Source: Chromera velia (Eukaryota). From it: a DNA stretch of 50,939 nt. Positions 14,100-26,986 of this stretch are shown piece after piece; within the stretch, counting starts at the first letter, position 1; each line of letters opens with the position of its first letter. Location of the stretch: NCBI GenBank assembly GCA_018398765.1, contig JAHBMJ010000334.1, positions 1 to 50,939 of the forward strand, read 5' to 3'. The position numbers and the translations under genes are program-made. The notes under the pieces were generated by a model. The model was not told the origin of the DNA and searched no databases. It saw nothing but the letters and a program-made list of their open reading frames with translations.

Positions 14100-14900
14100 T
14101 GCCGCTGCAAGTTTAAGTAATTTGGATAAGTAATTCAATTAAAGTAATTTAGAGTAGTTTAGCCTAGTAATTTAAAGTAATTAATTTAGACTATAATTTA
14201 GAGTAATTTAAAGTAATCTAGAATAGAAAACTAAAGTAATTTGGAAAGCTGAATTCTAGGCTAAATTACTATAATTTTGGTTAAACTTTAGAGGTTAATT
14301 TCTTTTGAACCACAACTTCCGGTCTATAAAGAGTTTAACGTACGTCCAAACTTACATGCAGTGCTTATACCTCTTATATAATTGGATCGAACTCTCTTTA
14401 AGATGAGAAGATCATCCTAGAGATCATCGCGGTCGAAAGATACAAGCGCCACTTCATTTGTGCTGACGGAACTAGGCTCTGCACTCCATTAAAAAAAAAA
14501 AAATTCCGATATCAATCTTTTTTTTTTTTTATCTACTCAAAAATATATGGTTTTAAATGCAACATCGGGGTTGAATTAGTGACCAGATTTGATTTGATAG
14601 GATTTGATTTGATTTGATTTGAGCTTCAAGCTCAAATCTGACTAGATTTGAAGTAGATTTGAGGTTGAAGTCTAGAGGTCACTCTCGACAGCACTGAAGA
14701 TGACATGGCACAGTCGACACCACTATAGTAAATCCTAGGAAGCCCTAGAGACAAGAAAATCACTAAAAACTAGACTAAAAGCTAAATTAAGACTCTCAAA
14801 ATTAATGAGCTATTGTCAAAGCTAAGAGCTTACATAAATTTTTATCTTACATCTAGGAACCGGTAAAATAAAAAAATAGTCTTCTTTCTATAAGAACAAG
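14100..14900. repeat. AT/TpA-rich degenerate repeat block with (GATTT)n element
   Basis: Degenerate AAGTAATTT(A/G) tandem units at 14115-14245; TGACCAGATTTGATTTGA...GAAGTAGATTTGA at 14580-14665 is related to 22185-22300 (partly reverse complement). Confidence 0.6.
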
Positions 14901-17151
14901 GGTCTATATCGTCAAGAAAAATGTTTGACACGCTGTTGTGTGGATAGGGACAGAGGAAAGAAAGAGAGACCTCGATGGGGGGGAGAATACACTCACTACT
15001 TATGCGGTGGAACTGCTGAGAAGTCTCCTTCCTGTCAGCACAACGGCCCGTCTCGCCAAGGAAAAATATCTGACACGCTGTTGTGTAGATGGGGAAAAAC
15101 GTCTACAAGCGGTCTTGTCTTCCATACAGCTTTTGTCCGCTTCCAGAAGCGTTCTTTCGTGTTCTTTTCTGCTTGTAGAGTAAGACTTTTCTGCTGTGAA
15201 AAGACTTCGATTGTGCAAAGAATGATATTGGAGCAGGTGGAACCTACAGCAACCTTGCCACATTCCATCCGGTTTGGAATACAGACAAAAGTATATATGA
15301 ACTTCAAAACTCTGCTTGAGGTTCTACCTTAACTATCGACGAGCTTGGCCATGAACTTTCTTCTTCTTCCCATTGATCAAAGTCTATAGGAGCCAAAGTT
15401 GTTCATAAAGCAGCTGAATATCTTTTCTTACTTTGTGGTGGTATTCGACAAGCAGTCGGTCACCTGTCCCTCGAAAGTTAGCCGCAGGGATCCATTAAGG
15501 GTTTTCGTTACTTACTGGATAGTCCTTCCACAGAACTTTATACCATTTCTTCTTACAGAAAAAGGAAAAAAGCATTGCTGGCGGGGTTTGTCGACTTTTC
15601 GAAAGCTTTCGACACTGTTCCGTGAGTGAAGCTAATAGAGATACTGAGAAGAGAAGGCGTGAGTACGGCTGATGTCTATATGATCTGTACAATGTATAGG
15701 GGGGTTCAAGATAAGGTTGATGGGGATTCTTTGCACTTTCAAGGGGGTATGGGGGTCAAACAAGGGGATGCTCTTTCTCCAATTCTCTTCTTTCTCTATA
15801 TTAACGATCTTCCTCGTGTGTGCTCTGGCAGTAGGACGGGTGCAGTGCATGCAGGTGCTGCTCGTCGGGGGGTACAATCCGATATAGGAATGGAGGTAAG
15901 CGAGGCAGGGCACTCAGATGTGAATATGCAGCCAGAGAGGGTTTGTAAGCCTGAGAGCGAACCTGAACCAGCCTTGTTAGACAATTATGTCATAAGCAGT
16001 TTGGGGTATGCGGACGATTTGTCTTTTTTTGCCCATTCTGTTTCTGACCTCCAGAAGAAATTTTCAGCTCTCGAGAAGTATTGCAGGGAATGGAAGCTGT
16101 CAGTCAATCTGAAAAAAATAAAAATACTCCGTTTCTCTACATCCATCCTGGGTGAAGACTCAGGCAAGGTGTTATACAAAGGAAAGGAAGTAGAGTAAAC
16201 AGCTGAATATAAATATTTAGGGTGTATATTCTTTGAGGGGGGGTACCTCTGTAAAACAATCGAATCATGCATTGCATCTGCCTCCTATGCTCTCGGGGCT
16301 GTTTTCGGGTTGATCGCCAGCATGGGTCCTCTCAGTGTTGATGTATAAATGACCGTCTTCAAAGCATGCTGGTCCCCCATTACATTCTACTGCCTTGAAT
16401 GTCTCCCTATCTGCGAGTCCAATCTCCTAGCAATTGATGTCTTACAGCTCCGCTTTGCACATTGGTCCGGCCGTCTGTATGCACGCAGCCTCCGTCTTCC
16501 CTCTCTTTGTATGTTCGGCCTCCTGCCTGCAAAAGCCCTTCTATGCTCCTGGGTAGCTAACTAGTGGCACTCTCTCTCTCTAACTATTCATACCGTCCCC
16601 GCCGCTATGCCATGTAGTTGGAAGAATAGCAGCTGCCCTGATTTTCTGAAAGCTGTGTCCCACCTGTTTCGGTGAGCTAATCTGGATTTTGTCTGGTCTC
16701 TGGCCATTCAGGAAGCGATGCGTCCACAGCGAAAGGCTCCTGGCACCAGTTCTCTCTTTTTCAAGGGTAGAGTTAGAGGGGCGATAGCGGAGGAACTATA
16801 CACACGTCGAGCAGATGGCACTTCCCATTTTTCCCCTCTTACCAAACTCAGTCCCCTTCAGATCTCTTTCCCCTCCTCTCACCGCATGTTTGTTTTTCTT
16901 TTTTGTGATGAATCTCCCTCTGGTATTTTCTCTTTTACCGCTCTCCCACGATTTGCCTTGTCAGTAGCCGACGACTTTCTTTTTAGTTTTCTACGTATGC
17001 TCTCCAGCAACCCGCGGGGGGCAGGTGATCATACGTTGCCCGTACATTGTAGTGATGACTCGCTTTGTATCCATGAATCATGCATTCGTCGTGTTGATGA
17101 TTTTTTGCATACTAGACTGTCTTCATACAATAAATGGATAGACCAAAGAGA

Positions 17152-17627
17152 TGCTTTGTCCCTCCTGTCCAGCCACCTTATGGCGTCCAGACAGAAGGTA
17201 AAGCAAGGACAAGAACCTTAGGAAGATCTAGAGAAGGAACGTGTGCAACATTAACTCAAGCAACACTTTACAGGAGGTTTGGCTCTGTATATATCAGTTT
17301 AAGCGCTAGCGCGATCTAGTATTCCAATCAGGTGCGTTCATTCTATCATGCACAGTTTTTACTCATTCCTCTCTCTCAAACTCTTAGGAGCTCTCTTGAT
17401 CTATGGCAAATGGACATCAGACTCAAACGATGCTATCCGTTGCTCGAGTAACATGTTACATACTTGAATACAAAGGTCAGACTCGATCGATTTCAACAAT
17501 TTTAATCGATGCGCGCGACACGTACGAAACAAAGCGCGGTGGCGGAGCCTGGCGTCGGCATGTGGGCTCATTCAGATATAGCGCATGCGAGGGTCCAGAG
17601 GACAGCGCCACAGGGTAGGACTCCACA
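17152..17627 (-). repeat. 3' LTR (476 bp)
   Basis: Near-identical to 20007-20468; TG/CA termini. Confidence 0.88.
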
Positions 17628-20006
17628 GATCCCCCCCCGCCACAGACAAGAAAATCGCGTCCCCGCGATCAGCCAGACACATTCAAGCATGCACAGAAAA
17701 GGAAAAAAAACGAGCAAAAGAACACAATCAACCAGACATAATGCAAACTCATACAACTAATAGAACACTTCAAAGCATGTAGTTGAAGAAATGAAATCTC
17801 GAGCGTCCTCGCACCATGACAGATACAAGGAAGAGCAAATTAAGACAACAGACATCAACGAACGAACGGCCGTGAACGGCAGCCAATCAGACCTATCAGA
17901 GGGAGACGCCTGGCGGTACACCGTCTGGCTCTACGTAGATGCTCGCGTAGAGACGGCTAGCTCCACCAAGGCCCCCATCAACTCCCGTGCTGCGAGGGGG
18001 AGAGGCGATACCCAGAGAACCCAGAGGGCCCCCAAAACACCGGTATCCCCCTGCAGAGAGAAGATGCAGAACGGACACAGAGACATGCATGGGCTGTTCC
18101 CTCGCTTTTTCTTCTTTTCTCATTGAACTAGACATCTCTTTAAAGATTTCTTCTCCTTTTGCTCCTCCTCTACTCATTTTCTCTCCGCCTCTTCCAGTCT
18201 CTTTTTCTTAAATTAAGAAGGAAGCCAGGGATAACCCGAAATGTTTCAAAGCAGCAGAAGGAAGTGAGAAGGAGACAGTGAATGAAAGCGCCCCCTCGTG
18301 TGCTCGTGCTCTCAGCCACATGAGGGGTCTGACTCCCAAGCCACACGCAAAGAAGAGAAGCCGAGAGAGAAGAAAGGTCACTCTTCTAAAAGGAGCTTCA
18401 GAAGTTTCAAATGTGCGGCACATGTGGCGCTCGGCTTGTTATTCTTGCAGTCCACCTCTTTGACGCTCAGCTTTGCAATGAGCTCACCCCCCCTCTAAGT
18501 TCAGTGCAGGGGTGCAAGGGCGGTCACAGGCAGTCGCGGGCATGCGCGGGCATAAGCATATGGCGGTGATAATCAGGCAGTCCTCTGCCCACGTCTCATA
18601 TACAGCTGACGTAGGGGTAGGCGATCGACTTCGAGTTCTCGTTGATAGAAGGGCTTGGCTATCTAGTCGAGCATAAACACATTTTACGCGTGTCAGCGGC
18701 TGCATAAAGGGAGAGAAGGAAAGGACCGGACACATTGCAAACTGCCCCGCTGGTTTCTTTCTATCTCGTCTCTTCTTTCTATCTCGTTTCATCCCTTTGC
18801 TGCTCCTTTCGACACATGAACTCTCAACTTCAGACAAAAGATGCTCCAGTCACACTCAGTCGCTAGTACTTCGCATGCTCTCGGCCAGCCTCGATTCGAT
18901 TCGCCCCCCCACCCCGAAGCAACCCCCCTCTCCCCCTCTTTCCCCCCCTTTCCCTCCCTCTCCCCCCTTCCTCATTGTTCCCCCTTCCCCCCTTTCCCCC
19001 ATGACCCGCTTTGCCCTTCCCGATCCCTATTAAAAATTTTGTCGGCGCCGGCGAGAGATGAGGCGGCAGCTGCCGTGTGCCCTACTCTGTCTCTCAGTAG
19101 GTCTGCCGTGACCCTTCTGCCTCTCTTGCCGTCGAGGGCAGGCTCGATATTATTTTGTACCCCTTCCTTACTTCCCCCTCCTTCCTACTCCAGGCTCGCC
19201 GCATCGGGGTCCCAGAGCAGAAGGCCTTCCCCGGCTGGCACACCGGCCGTCACTGCGTTGTTCTGTGTGGTACGCCACCACCTGTCCCTTCTGTCTGTTT
19301 AACATGCATGCAGAGTCTCACGCACCCGATCGAACCGCCACCCATTGAATGATCTACACGATAGCCAGACAGCCAGAAACGATAAGCTCACTCTTAGAAG
19401 AAAACGGCAGCATTGCAGACACATGGAGAGGCAAAGGGTGTCTTCTTATGTTTGGACGCTGTCGGAGGACCAGTTCAGACAGACCTAGACACGCTGGAAG
19501 TGTTTGCAGGCCACAAAGGTGGTCGGCCTCTCGCAGACAAGCAAGCAACCAACAGCAAAGACAAGTGAAGGTGATCAGCCGACACCCATCTGGAAGACGG
19601 AGACAGTTACAGAATTAAAAGGCATAAGAAAAGTACTCTATTGGCCGTTAAACTTTGAATTGCGATCTGCTTATAGGCGGCGGTCTCAATAAAGTCAAGC
19701 TCCTCAAAAGTCTGAGCAACACCAAGCAACGTCTCCACCATTGGCTTTGGCGACCTCCAACGTCTTCGGGCTTTCCACCCAAGGACAAAGGCAAAGTCCA
19801 GGATCAGACTTAAAAGAGATCTCCGAAAGAGGATTCCAGGCAGCTTAGGATGCAAGGGGACGCTGAATTCCCCTACTCACGGTCTTTGCCTGACCGTGCC
19901 CATATCGTTGCAATCGGCTTTCAACTATTGCGCAAAAGGAAGATCTGATCTCCATCACAGAAGGAAAACGAGAGTCGACACTCATCGAGCTGAGCGGTCA
20001 CCATAA

Positions 20007-20468
20007 TGCTTTGTCCCTCCTGTCCGGCCACCTTATGGCGTCCAGACAGAAGGTAAAGCGAGGACAAGAACCTTAGGAAGATTTAGAGAAGGAACGTGTG
20101 CAACATTAACTCAAGCAACACTTTACAGGAGGTTTGGCTCTGTATATATCAGTTTAAGCGCTAGTGCGATCTAGTATTCCAATCAGCTACATTCATTCTA
20201 TCATGCACAGTTTCTACTCATTCCTCTCTCTCAGACTCTTAGGAGCTCTCTTGATCTATGGCAAACAGACATCAGACTCAAACGATGCTATCCGTTGCTC
20301 GAGTAACATGTTACATGCTTGAATACGAAGGTCAGACTCGATCGATTTCAACAATTTTGATCGACGCGCACGACACGTACGAAACAAAGCGCGGTAGCGA
20401 AGCCTGGCTCATTCAGATATAGCGCATGCGAGGGTCCAGAGGACGGCGCCACAGGGTAGGACTCCACA
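20007..20468 (-). repeat. 5' LTR (462 bp)
   Basis: Near-identical to 17152-17627 apart from a ~14-bp deletion and mostly transition differences. Confidence 0.88.
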
Positions 20469-21439
20469 GAGAGTTCTTTTACAGTCTGGCTGTGATGGAA
20501 TCGACTAGGGAATTGATCGACTCGACTGTTCGCAACCCACCTCTCTCTGGTACTCCGGCCCCTAAACATTTAATTTGCAATGTTGTCCGTGCCTCTTTGC
20601 GATCGCTTCCGGCATGTCTTTTCGATATCTGTCTTCCAGCTATTGATACCGAATAAACGTTTCGATCATCACTTTAGAAAACAACAACAACCATGCATGC
20701 ATGAGCCGCCCGGGAGCTTTAAAAGTTAGCGCTGCAACCAGCGTTAGGCATCCTTTAACTAACTAACTAACTAACTAACCTATTATGCCTTTCGTCAAAA
20801 TCTAGGATTTTTTTAACCTCCTACTCGAAGTCTGCTTCTTGGTCCATTTCTACGCTAGCTTCAAACTGCTGCGAGTTGAGCTGAGCCTCTAGGTTGACCG
20901 ATACTCCCTTGGCTCTTAAGTATTAGCAGAGTAGATCAGCGCAGATCGGCCTCCTCTATGCATGCATGCAAAGCCGGTGCTTGGTAGTCAAAGCCGGCCA
21001 TCCACCGAATTTGAATTTTCCTGAACGTTCATTATTTTGACCTGTTCGTTCGCCCGCTTCTGCTGTAGTTGATTGGTTTCTTTTTCATATGGCTGGGGAC
21101 TCACAGAGGATGGGATTCTATGTTCCTCTTGGAACCATGATGATGATTTGGGTGGAAGGGCTACTTCCAGCCTGGAGTCTAAAATATAATGTGGTGAGAA
21201 ATGTATATCGGACCACAACAGGTATGAATCCATACGATAAACTCCTTTTACGATGTGGTCCCGAAAGGATTGGAACGTTGCTAATACATACGCGCACAGA
21301 ACATTGATGATCAATTGTTGGCGGGATTCAAAAAGCCGGACCAGGCTTTTGAGCTTATAGTCACTAAATAAATCGAGAAGCAGCCGCTCTAAATGATCCA
21401 ACTGCGTTTGCATGACCCCAGGTGGAAGCACTAGGATAC

Positions 21440-22610
21440 AAATTATGTTGAAACCCCACGGAAAACTAGGTGCCGGCTAAACAAAGAAAAAAGAAAAAAA
21501 ATAAGCGATTTGAGGAGATCTTTTTTTTTTTTTTTTTTTTACTTTTTAACCCTAAACAACACTTAGCAACAGTTGTGAAACACACAAACAACACTTGTAC
21601 AACACTTGAACAACAGTTGGCAAAAAAATGTGATCGGTAAAAAAATGTGTCTGGTTGAATGTTATCATGAATTTAGTCAATCGCCTTCACATGGCGCTGC
21701 TCTCCGTTCAAGGTACGTTACGTACGTTCTTGAGCAGACTATGTGTTGTTTAATTCCAGCCTGAGGCTTGATATACAACTGGAGAACTGATAGAAATCAA
21801 CAGTAAGGCAGTGGACAAAGCAGAGCAGCTCAAAATCAAACTGATTATCGTTTTGGGATGAACGAATCGTGGTATGACTTCCAATGGGTGGCTTTGACCG
21901 AGTGACTTCAAAGTTTATTGATTAACATTTAACATAAAAAATAGTTTAAATAGTAAAACAGTACTATTTAACCATTTAAAATAGTTGAAATAGTCTTTTT
22001 TTTTTTTTTACTATTTTCACTATTTACTATCTAGTGTTAGCTAAAATAATAAAAATAGTTGACTATTTTTAGTATTTTACTAGTGTGCCGGTTCATAGAT
22101 GTAGAGTTATCCTAGAGAGTCATCCTAGGAGTCATCTTAATTTAAGACTTGAGTTATCCTAGAGATTTGAGGTTAAAAGGTCAGATTTTGAAGTAGATTT
22201 GATAGGATTTGATAGACCTTATCATACTAAAGTCTCTCAGGCCTAAGATTTGATTTGAGGTTAAGCCCTACTTCAAATCAAATCAAATCAAATCTGGTCA
22301 GTAGGTTGAACACCCCGTGTAACACTTTTGCAATACTTGAACAACAGTTGTTTGCCTATATTGAATACCATGAGAAAAAAAAAATCATAAAAAAAAACTT
22401 TTTCCCATCTTTTATTTTTTTTAAATGTAGTGCAAAGCCCAATGACGGAACCATCTTTTTCGCACTGGCAACTTGAATTAAAACATAAAAATAATAAAAC
22501 TGAATTAAATGGCCCAGGAAATGATAATAATGCTTTTTTTGTGCTCTCTTCGTTTCTCTCTGGTTTCTTAAAAGTTAACGCCACAATTGTATCCCAAGCT
22601 TAAGTTTTAA
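21440..22610. repeat. AT-rich cluster of short repeats / probable nested non-autonomous DNA elements
   Basis: A-tract/T-tract foldback (21480-21545), ACTTGAACAACAGTTG at ~21604 and ~22335, AAATAGT/ACTATTT arrays (21940-22080), (GATTT)/(AAATC)n shared with 14580-14665. Confidence 0.55.
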
Positions 22611-23139
22611 TACATTACAAACCACTTGATCGCTTTAATAAGTCGCTCGCGGTGCTGACTGGCCTGCCGAGTCCTAGGCCGAGTCGCGCAGATGGACTTG
22701 AATCGTCACCTGATGCTTTCAAGTTGCGACGACTCAATTTGAATACACCCCACCCTACCACAGGCCTCCGCGTGCTCAGCAAGAGTATCTTAGTGGATTG
22801 CACCCACCAGAGCCGCCCTCAAAACAATGCTGGATAATAATGCCAGTATGGCCACGTACATGCACACTCTGTCATCGGCAGCATTTATTTAGGTACTACT
22901 GGAGAGCGGTCAACAGTCACTTTGACGTGTCAATGACTGTCACACGGAAATGGGAGATGCATGAAGAGAAAAAGAAAAAGGAGCGTAGACCCGCACGAAT
23001 CTGCGGTAATCTGTCCGCCAAAGTGAAGCACAGGAAAGGAAACAGAGCGAGAATCCACCCTGAATCGGTCAGCACGTGTGCCGCACTGCAGCTTCCATGC
23101 CCATACTGCTTTGACCCCTCCCCTCGATCCTGGCTGGCT

Positions 23140-23832
23140 CTATACATACCCCCTGACCAGCAGAGGATTGGATCCCACTGCAGGCGCAGAGAGTCGCACA
23201 GAGAGATCGAGGGCACCATCCTCGGCCTGCCTCGCGAGCGAGAACAGCTCCCTGGAGGTACAAAAATTGCACCACCCCATTCCTCCCCCGACAGAGGTCT
23301 TGGAGAAGTCATGTGTCGCCGTCCTGCGCTTGCCTGCCCCCTCCACCACATAGGTGATCTCTCCTGCATAGTCGTCCAGTTTCACCAGGAAAACCGAGGC
23401 GTTTCCGTCTGCAGCAAGGTTGTCTCCCTTAGGGTACACCCAGATGCAGAATTGGAACCCCTGCACGAACGTCCATCCATTCTTATACCTTTGCATGAAC
23501 ATGGACTGCTGGGGGCGCGGCTCAAGCTGCTCAGTCAGGGTACACCCAGATGCAGAATTGGAACCCCTGCACGAACGTCCATCCATTCTTATACCTTTGC
23601 ATGAACATGGACTGCTGGGGGCGCGGCACAAGCTGCTCAGTCATTCATTTATTCATTCACTCATTCATGCGTTCGGCCAGGGCAGAATACCCGTCAGCAT
23701 ACACAAACTCCGGAAAGAGATGGGGAAATGAGCAAAGAGAGAAAAACACGAGAAAGAAATGGGAGGACCAGAAAAACGGAATGACGGACCGCCGTTATTG
23801 CATCCGACGGTAGGTTACATATGCACACGCAG

Positions 23833-23889
<57 letters not shown>

Positions 23890-23927
23890 TCCACACACAC
23901 AGAGAGAGAGAGAGAAAGAGAAAGAGA

Positions 23928-23976
<49 letters not shown>

Positions 23977-24000
23977 AGAGAAGGAGAGAGAGAGAAAGAG

Positions 24001-24042
<42 letters not shown>

Positions 24043-25376
24043 ATTCCAAGAGCACAGAGAGGAAGGGGGAGCGGAGGAGGTGGTGGGGGAAGGGGCTAGG
24101 AAGCAGGGAGCTCGCGAGACCAGAGAGAGATGCCGTCTGGAAGAACCAAATTCATCTCTATGCAGCCATGCACACGCACGATCGAAGGAATTCCGAACCT
24201 GGAAGGTGAAAGAAGCGCTCTTTAGCTTGGATCCTTTCGCCTTTTCAGTCGCCTTCTCCTCGTACAGCGGCAGGCGCACTTTCAGTTTGACAACATCTGA
24301 AAGCAAACAGAAGGAGTAAAAAAGTAATAACAGAAAATCAATATGTTGAAAAAAATCTCTGCTCAATCGCCTTTCTTTTGATGGGGATCCAAAGAATGAG
24401 AATCCAAAGAAAGGTGGGAAGCCCCGGGGGAAAGTAGTTCGATTAAAATCAGTGCTCTAACATTTCTTTCGACACCGTCCCTCCCGTGTACATCACCGAA
24501 GAGCCTAAGCGGCCAAGGGCAAAAGGGGTTGGTCTGAAATAGAGGAGCGGAAAAGATTCTTGACCAACCTCTGTCTGGATGCCCCCTCACATTGCGCTCG
24601 TCTGCATTCAGCTCATTCGAGAGACGTTCGATTTCCTCTTCATGTCGTTTCTCATTCTCGATCAGCTGGGTGGTCAGGAGCTTGAGGTGCTTTTTCTGGT
24701 TCCCCTCCTCGTGAGTCTCCATCTCCTTCCTCTTCACCTGTTCGCCACACCCAGGCACCTCGCAAGTCACCACATACTCTTCACACTCTGTGTCCAGATG
24801 ATCAGCGACCAGGCCTCTGGAAGGATTCTTACCACACGCGTTGGGACAGGGAACAGGAACGTCATCGCACACGGTCAGGTGCTCCACCATGGTCTGGAAG
24901 ACCACGTCCTTTTTGCAGTGATCACAAGGAACGAGGCGGTAGGGGCAGTCTGTCTCGTGCTGGGGGATTTCAGGACGACGTCTTCTCTCTTGACATCCCT
25001 GGAATCGACACTTCTGCTGGTGCTCCTGGCATTCCTTGTCGAGGTGCTCTTCCAGCTGTTCCTTTGTACCCTTGAACACACAACCGTTCGCGTGGTTGAA
25101 ACACTTCCATTTCACATTCTCTATCCAGCTCCGGATGTGCATATGCGCTGTGTCCATCGAGTAAATGTCTCCCCGGCACTGCGGGCAAGTCTGGTCTCTG
25201 TCAAAGACACCTTGCAGACAGGGACGGCAGAAGACATGCCGTGCTTGGCAGTCCGCCTCCACAACATCTTCTAGGTAGTCGCGACAGATGCAGCAGAAAG
25301 CGTCGGCAGCCAGCTGCTCGAAACCCTCAGCAGCAAGGGAGGCATCGAGGCCCAGACGGCGAATTGTTTCTGACAT
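23140..25376 (-). CDS. TRAF-like protein: RING finger, TRAF-type zinc fingers, coiled coil, C-terminal MATH domain; 3 exons
   Basis: Exons 25376-24569, 24296-24199, 23460-23140 (TAG). RING CCIC..C..H.FC..C..CPQC; repeated H...C....V.C..C TRAF Zn fingers; MATH-like SASFTFQGFQFCIWVYPKG..ASVFL..GMGWCNF. Confidence 0.85.
23431..23643. repeat. 106-bp tandem duplication spanning the last splice acceptor of the TRAF-like gene
   Basis: AGGGTACACCCAGATGC...GCTGCTCAGTC at 23431 and 23537, one mismatch seen. Confidence 0.9.
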
Positions 25377-25739
25377 CACAAAAGTCGAATTAGCGCGGCG
25401 GTCCAATCCTAACAACCACAATCCCCCCTTCTCCAAAAAGCGAGGAATCGTAACTTTTCGCTGTCCAGAAAACCCAACGGAGAAGTGAGAAGGCTTCAGT
25501 AGTGTTTTCTTTTGAACTCGGGTGTCTCTTGCCTCAGCGAAGGCAGTTGCTGAGCGGGGCTCTGACCAACACGAGCGTATTCATGAGAAACTTGGCCTAC
25601 CGCTTACCGCGTTGAAGCAGCAAATTTAAGCAAATCAAGCAGTTTTGCATGACTATAAGGTCACAGAGATGAATTGAAGTGTTCAGGCTCAGTAGTTCGA
25701 TTCGCTCAGTCTGTCAATTGCTGTTGTATACAATTGAAG

Positions 25740-25900
25740 CTAGGCCCATGCACGCGCGCGGGGACGCGCGGGTCGGTCCCGTGCATGATGTACCGCGCGG
25801 CCCTCAGTGACGCGCGCCACGGGCGAATGCACCCGGCCAGCCAACCTGCACGCATATACGCATGCATGCAGGTATCGGTGTGGAGCCTCGCGGTGTTCCA
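25740..25900. promoter_or_regulatory. Putative bidirectional promoter, CpG-rich, between the TRAF-like and ankyrin genes
   Basis: Divergent starts (25376-, 26153+); CGCGCGCGGGG, multiple CGCG and TGCATG words. Confidence 0.45.
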
Positions 25901-26152
25901 GGAAAGAAGGAGGGAATGAAATACCCGGCCTCTGTCAGACACGACGGGCTCCACAGGCGCAGACCACGCCGAGCGTGTCAATTGTTCAAGCTGTCATGCA
26001 GCTGCGCGCAACTATCCTCTTCTACCCCCCACAGCATCGAACTGGTGAACAACCGTCGTGAAATGGAGCGGGTTAACGTTATGCATGCTGTCCACGACCA
26101 TTTCTTCTGACCTATCACGCAAATCGATTGAGTCCGCTACAAAGCAATCGGG

Positions 26153-26986
26153 ATGGCGACCTTCCTGGACGCCATTGGGGGCGAACCTGAGCCCACAAAG
26201 AACAGTCTGACGAGCGATGACCGTCATGGAGCACCGCAGAACCCTCCAACCGCTTCACCAAAAAAAGTTAAGATGACTTCAGCTTCCGCCTCCGGTATCC
26301 TTTTGAAAGCTGCGAATGCCAGTCAGAGCCCAGCCCCGTCAAAGACAAAACTTGCAGACACTCTCGATCTCAAGGCTGTCAGGTCTGTAGGAGGGGGTGT
26401 GAAGATGTCCCTTCTTGACTCGGTCTTCAAGACCACCCATGTCAATGCGAGGGACATCAACCCTCCACATGAAACCCTGCTGGAACTCGCATGCCGCACC
26501 GGGAATGTCGCCCTTGCAAAGTTGTGCTACATCAAGGGTGCGCCTTTGACACAAAAGGCAGAGTCCACAGGAGAACAGAAAGGCCTCACACCCCTACACA
26601 TCGCAGCAAAGTTCCAGCAGTACGAGGTGATCAATTTCCTCAACAGCTACGGAGTGAAGGTCAACACAGTCGACGCCTTCGGTAGGATTGCCCTGCACTA
26701 TGCCGCAAAGAACAACGATGTCGACGCCATCTGCAGATTGGTTGAGACAGGTGCCGACGTGAACTGGCGTGACAAAGACAGAAGGACTCCTCTCCACTTC
26801 GCCTCCATGGCTGGTCACATGGATGCAGCTCTCCTGCTCCTCGAGTTGGGGGCCGAGCTAAATTCCAAAGACGCTATGGAATACACAGCACTGGCACACG
26901 CAGAATCGGAGATGTTCTTCAAACTTCACGATCGACTTTTGAAGCTGGGTGCGAAGGACCTGAGGCCGTACGTCAAGAAGAGTTGA
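26153..26986 (+). CDS. Ankyrin-repeat protein (277 aa, intronless)
   Basis: Single ORF with ankyrin consensus repeats ETLLELAC..GN, GLTPLHIAA, GRIALHYAA, RRTPLHFAS, EYTALAHA. Confidence 0.92.
   Translation: MATFLDAIGGEPEPTKNSLTSDDRHGAPQNPPTASPKKVKMTSASASGILLKAANASQSPAPSKTKLADTLDLKAVRSVGGGVKMSLLDSVFKTTHVNARDINPPHETLLELACRTGNVALAKLCYIKGAPLTQKAESTGEQKGLTPLHIAAKFQQYEVINFLNSYGVKVNTVDAFGRIALHYAAKNNDVDAICRLVETGADVNWRDKDRRTPLHFASMAGHMDAALLLLELGAELNSKDAMEYTALAHAESEMFFKLHDRLLKLGAKDLRPYVKKS

Larger units (their letters stand above)
17152..20468 (-). mobile_element. Non-autonomous LTR retrotransposon (~3.3 kb, no recognisable pol)
   Basis: Direct repeats 17152-17627 and 20007-20468, both TG...CA; 4-bp TSD GAGA (17148-17151, 20469-20472); on minus strand PBS-like TGGTGACCGCTC 3 nt inside the right LTR and G-rich PPT (GGCGGGGGGGG) 3 nt from the left LTR. 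Confidence 0.88.
15331..20691 (+). mobile_element. 5'-truncated, decayed LINE (non-LTR retrotransposon RT + C-terminus), interrupted by an LTR element
   Basis: RT motifs NYR (15331), (Q)GF, FVDFSKAFDTV, GVKQGDALSPILFFLYINDL, YADDL, EYKYLG, with stops and frameshifts. The C-terminal ORF rejoins across the LTR insertion (WIDQR|EFFYS), ends TAA 20654-20656 overlapping AATAAA, and is followed by an (CAA)n tail at 20678-20691. Confidence 0.88.

Noticed and set aside
20755..20780. (TAAC)n as telomeric repeat
   Set aside because: Short internal tetranucleotide microsatellite lacking the G/C runs of telomere repeats.
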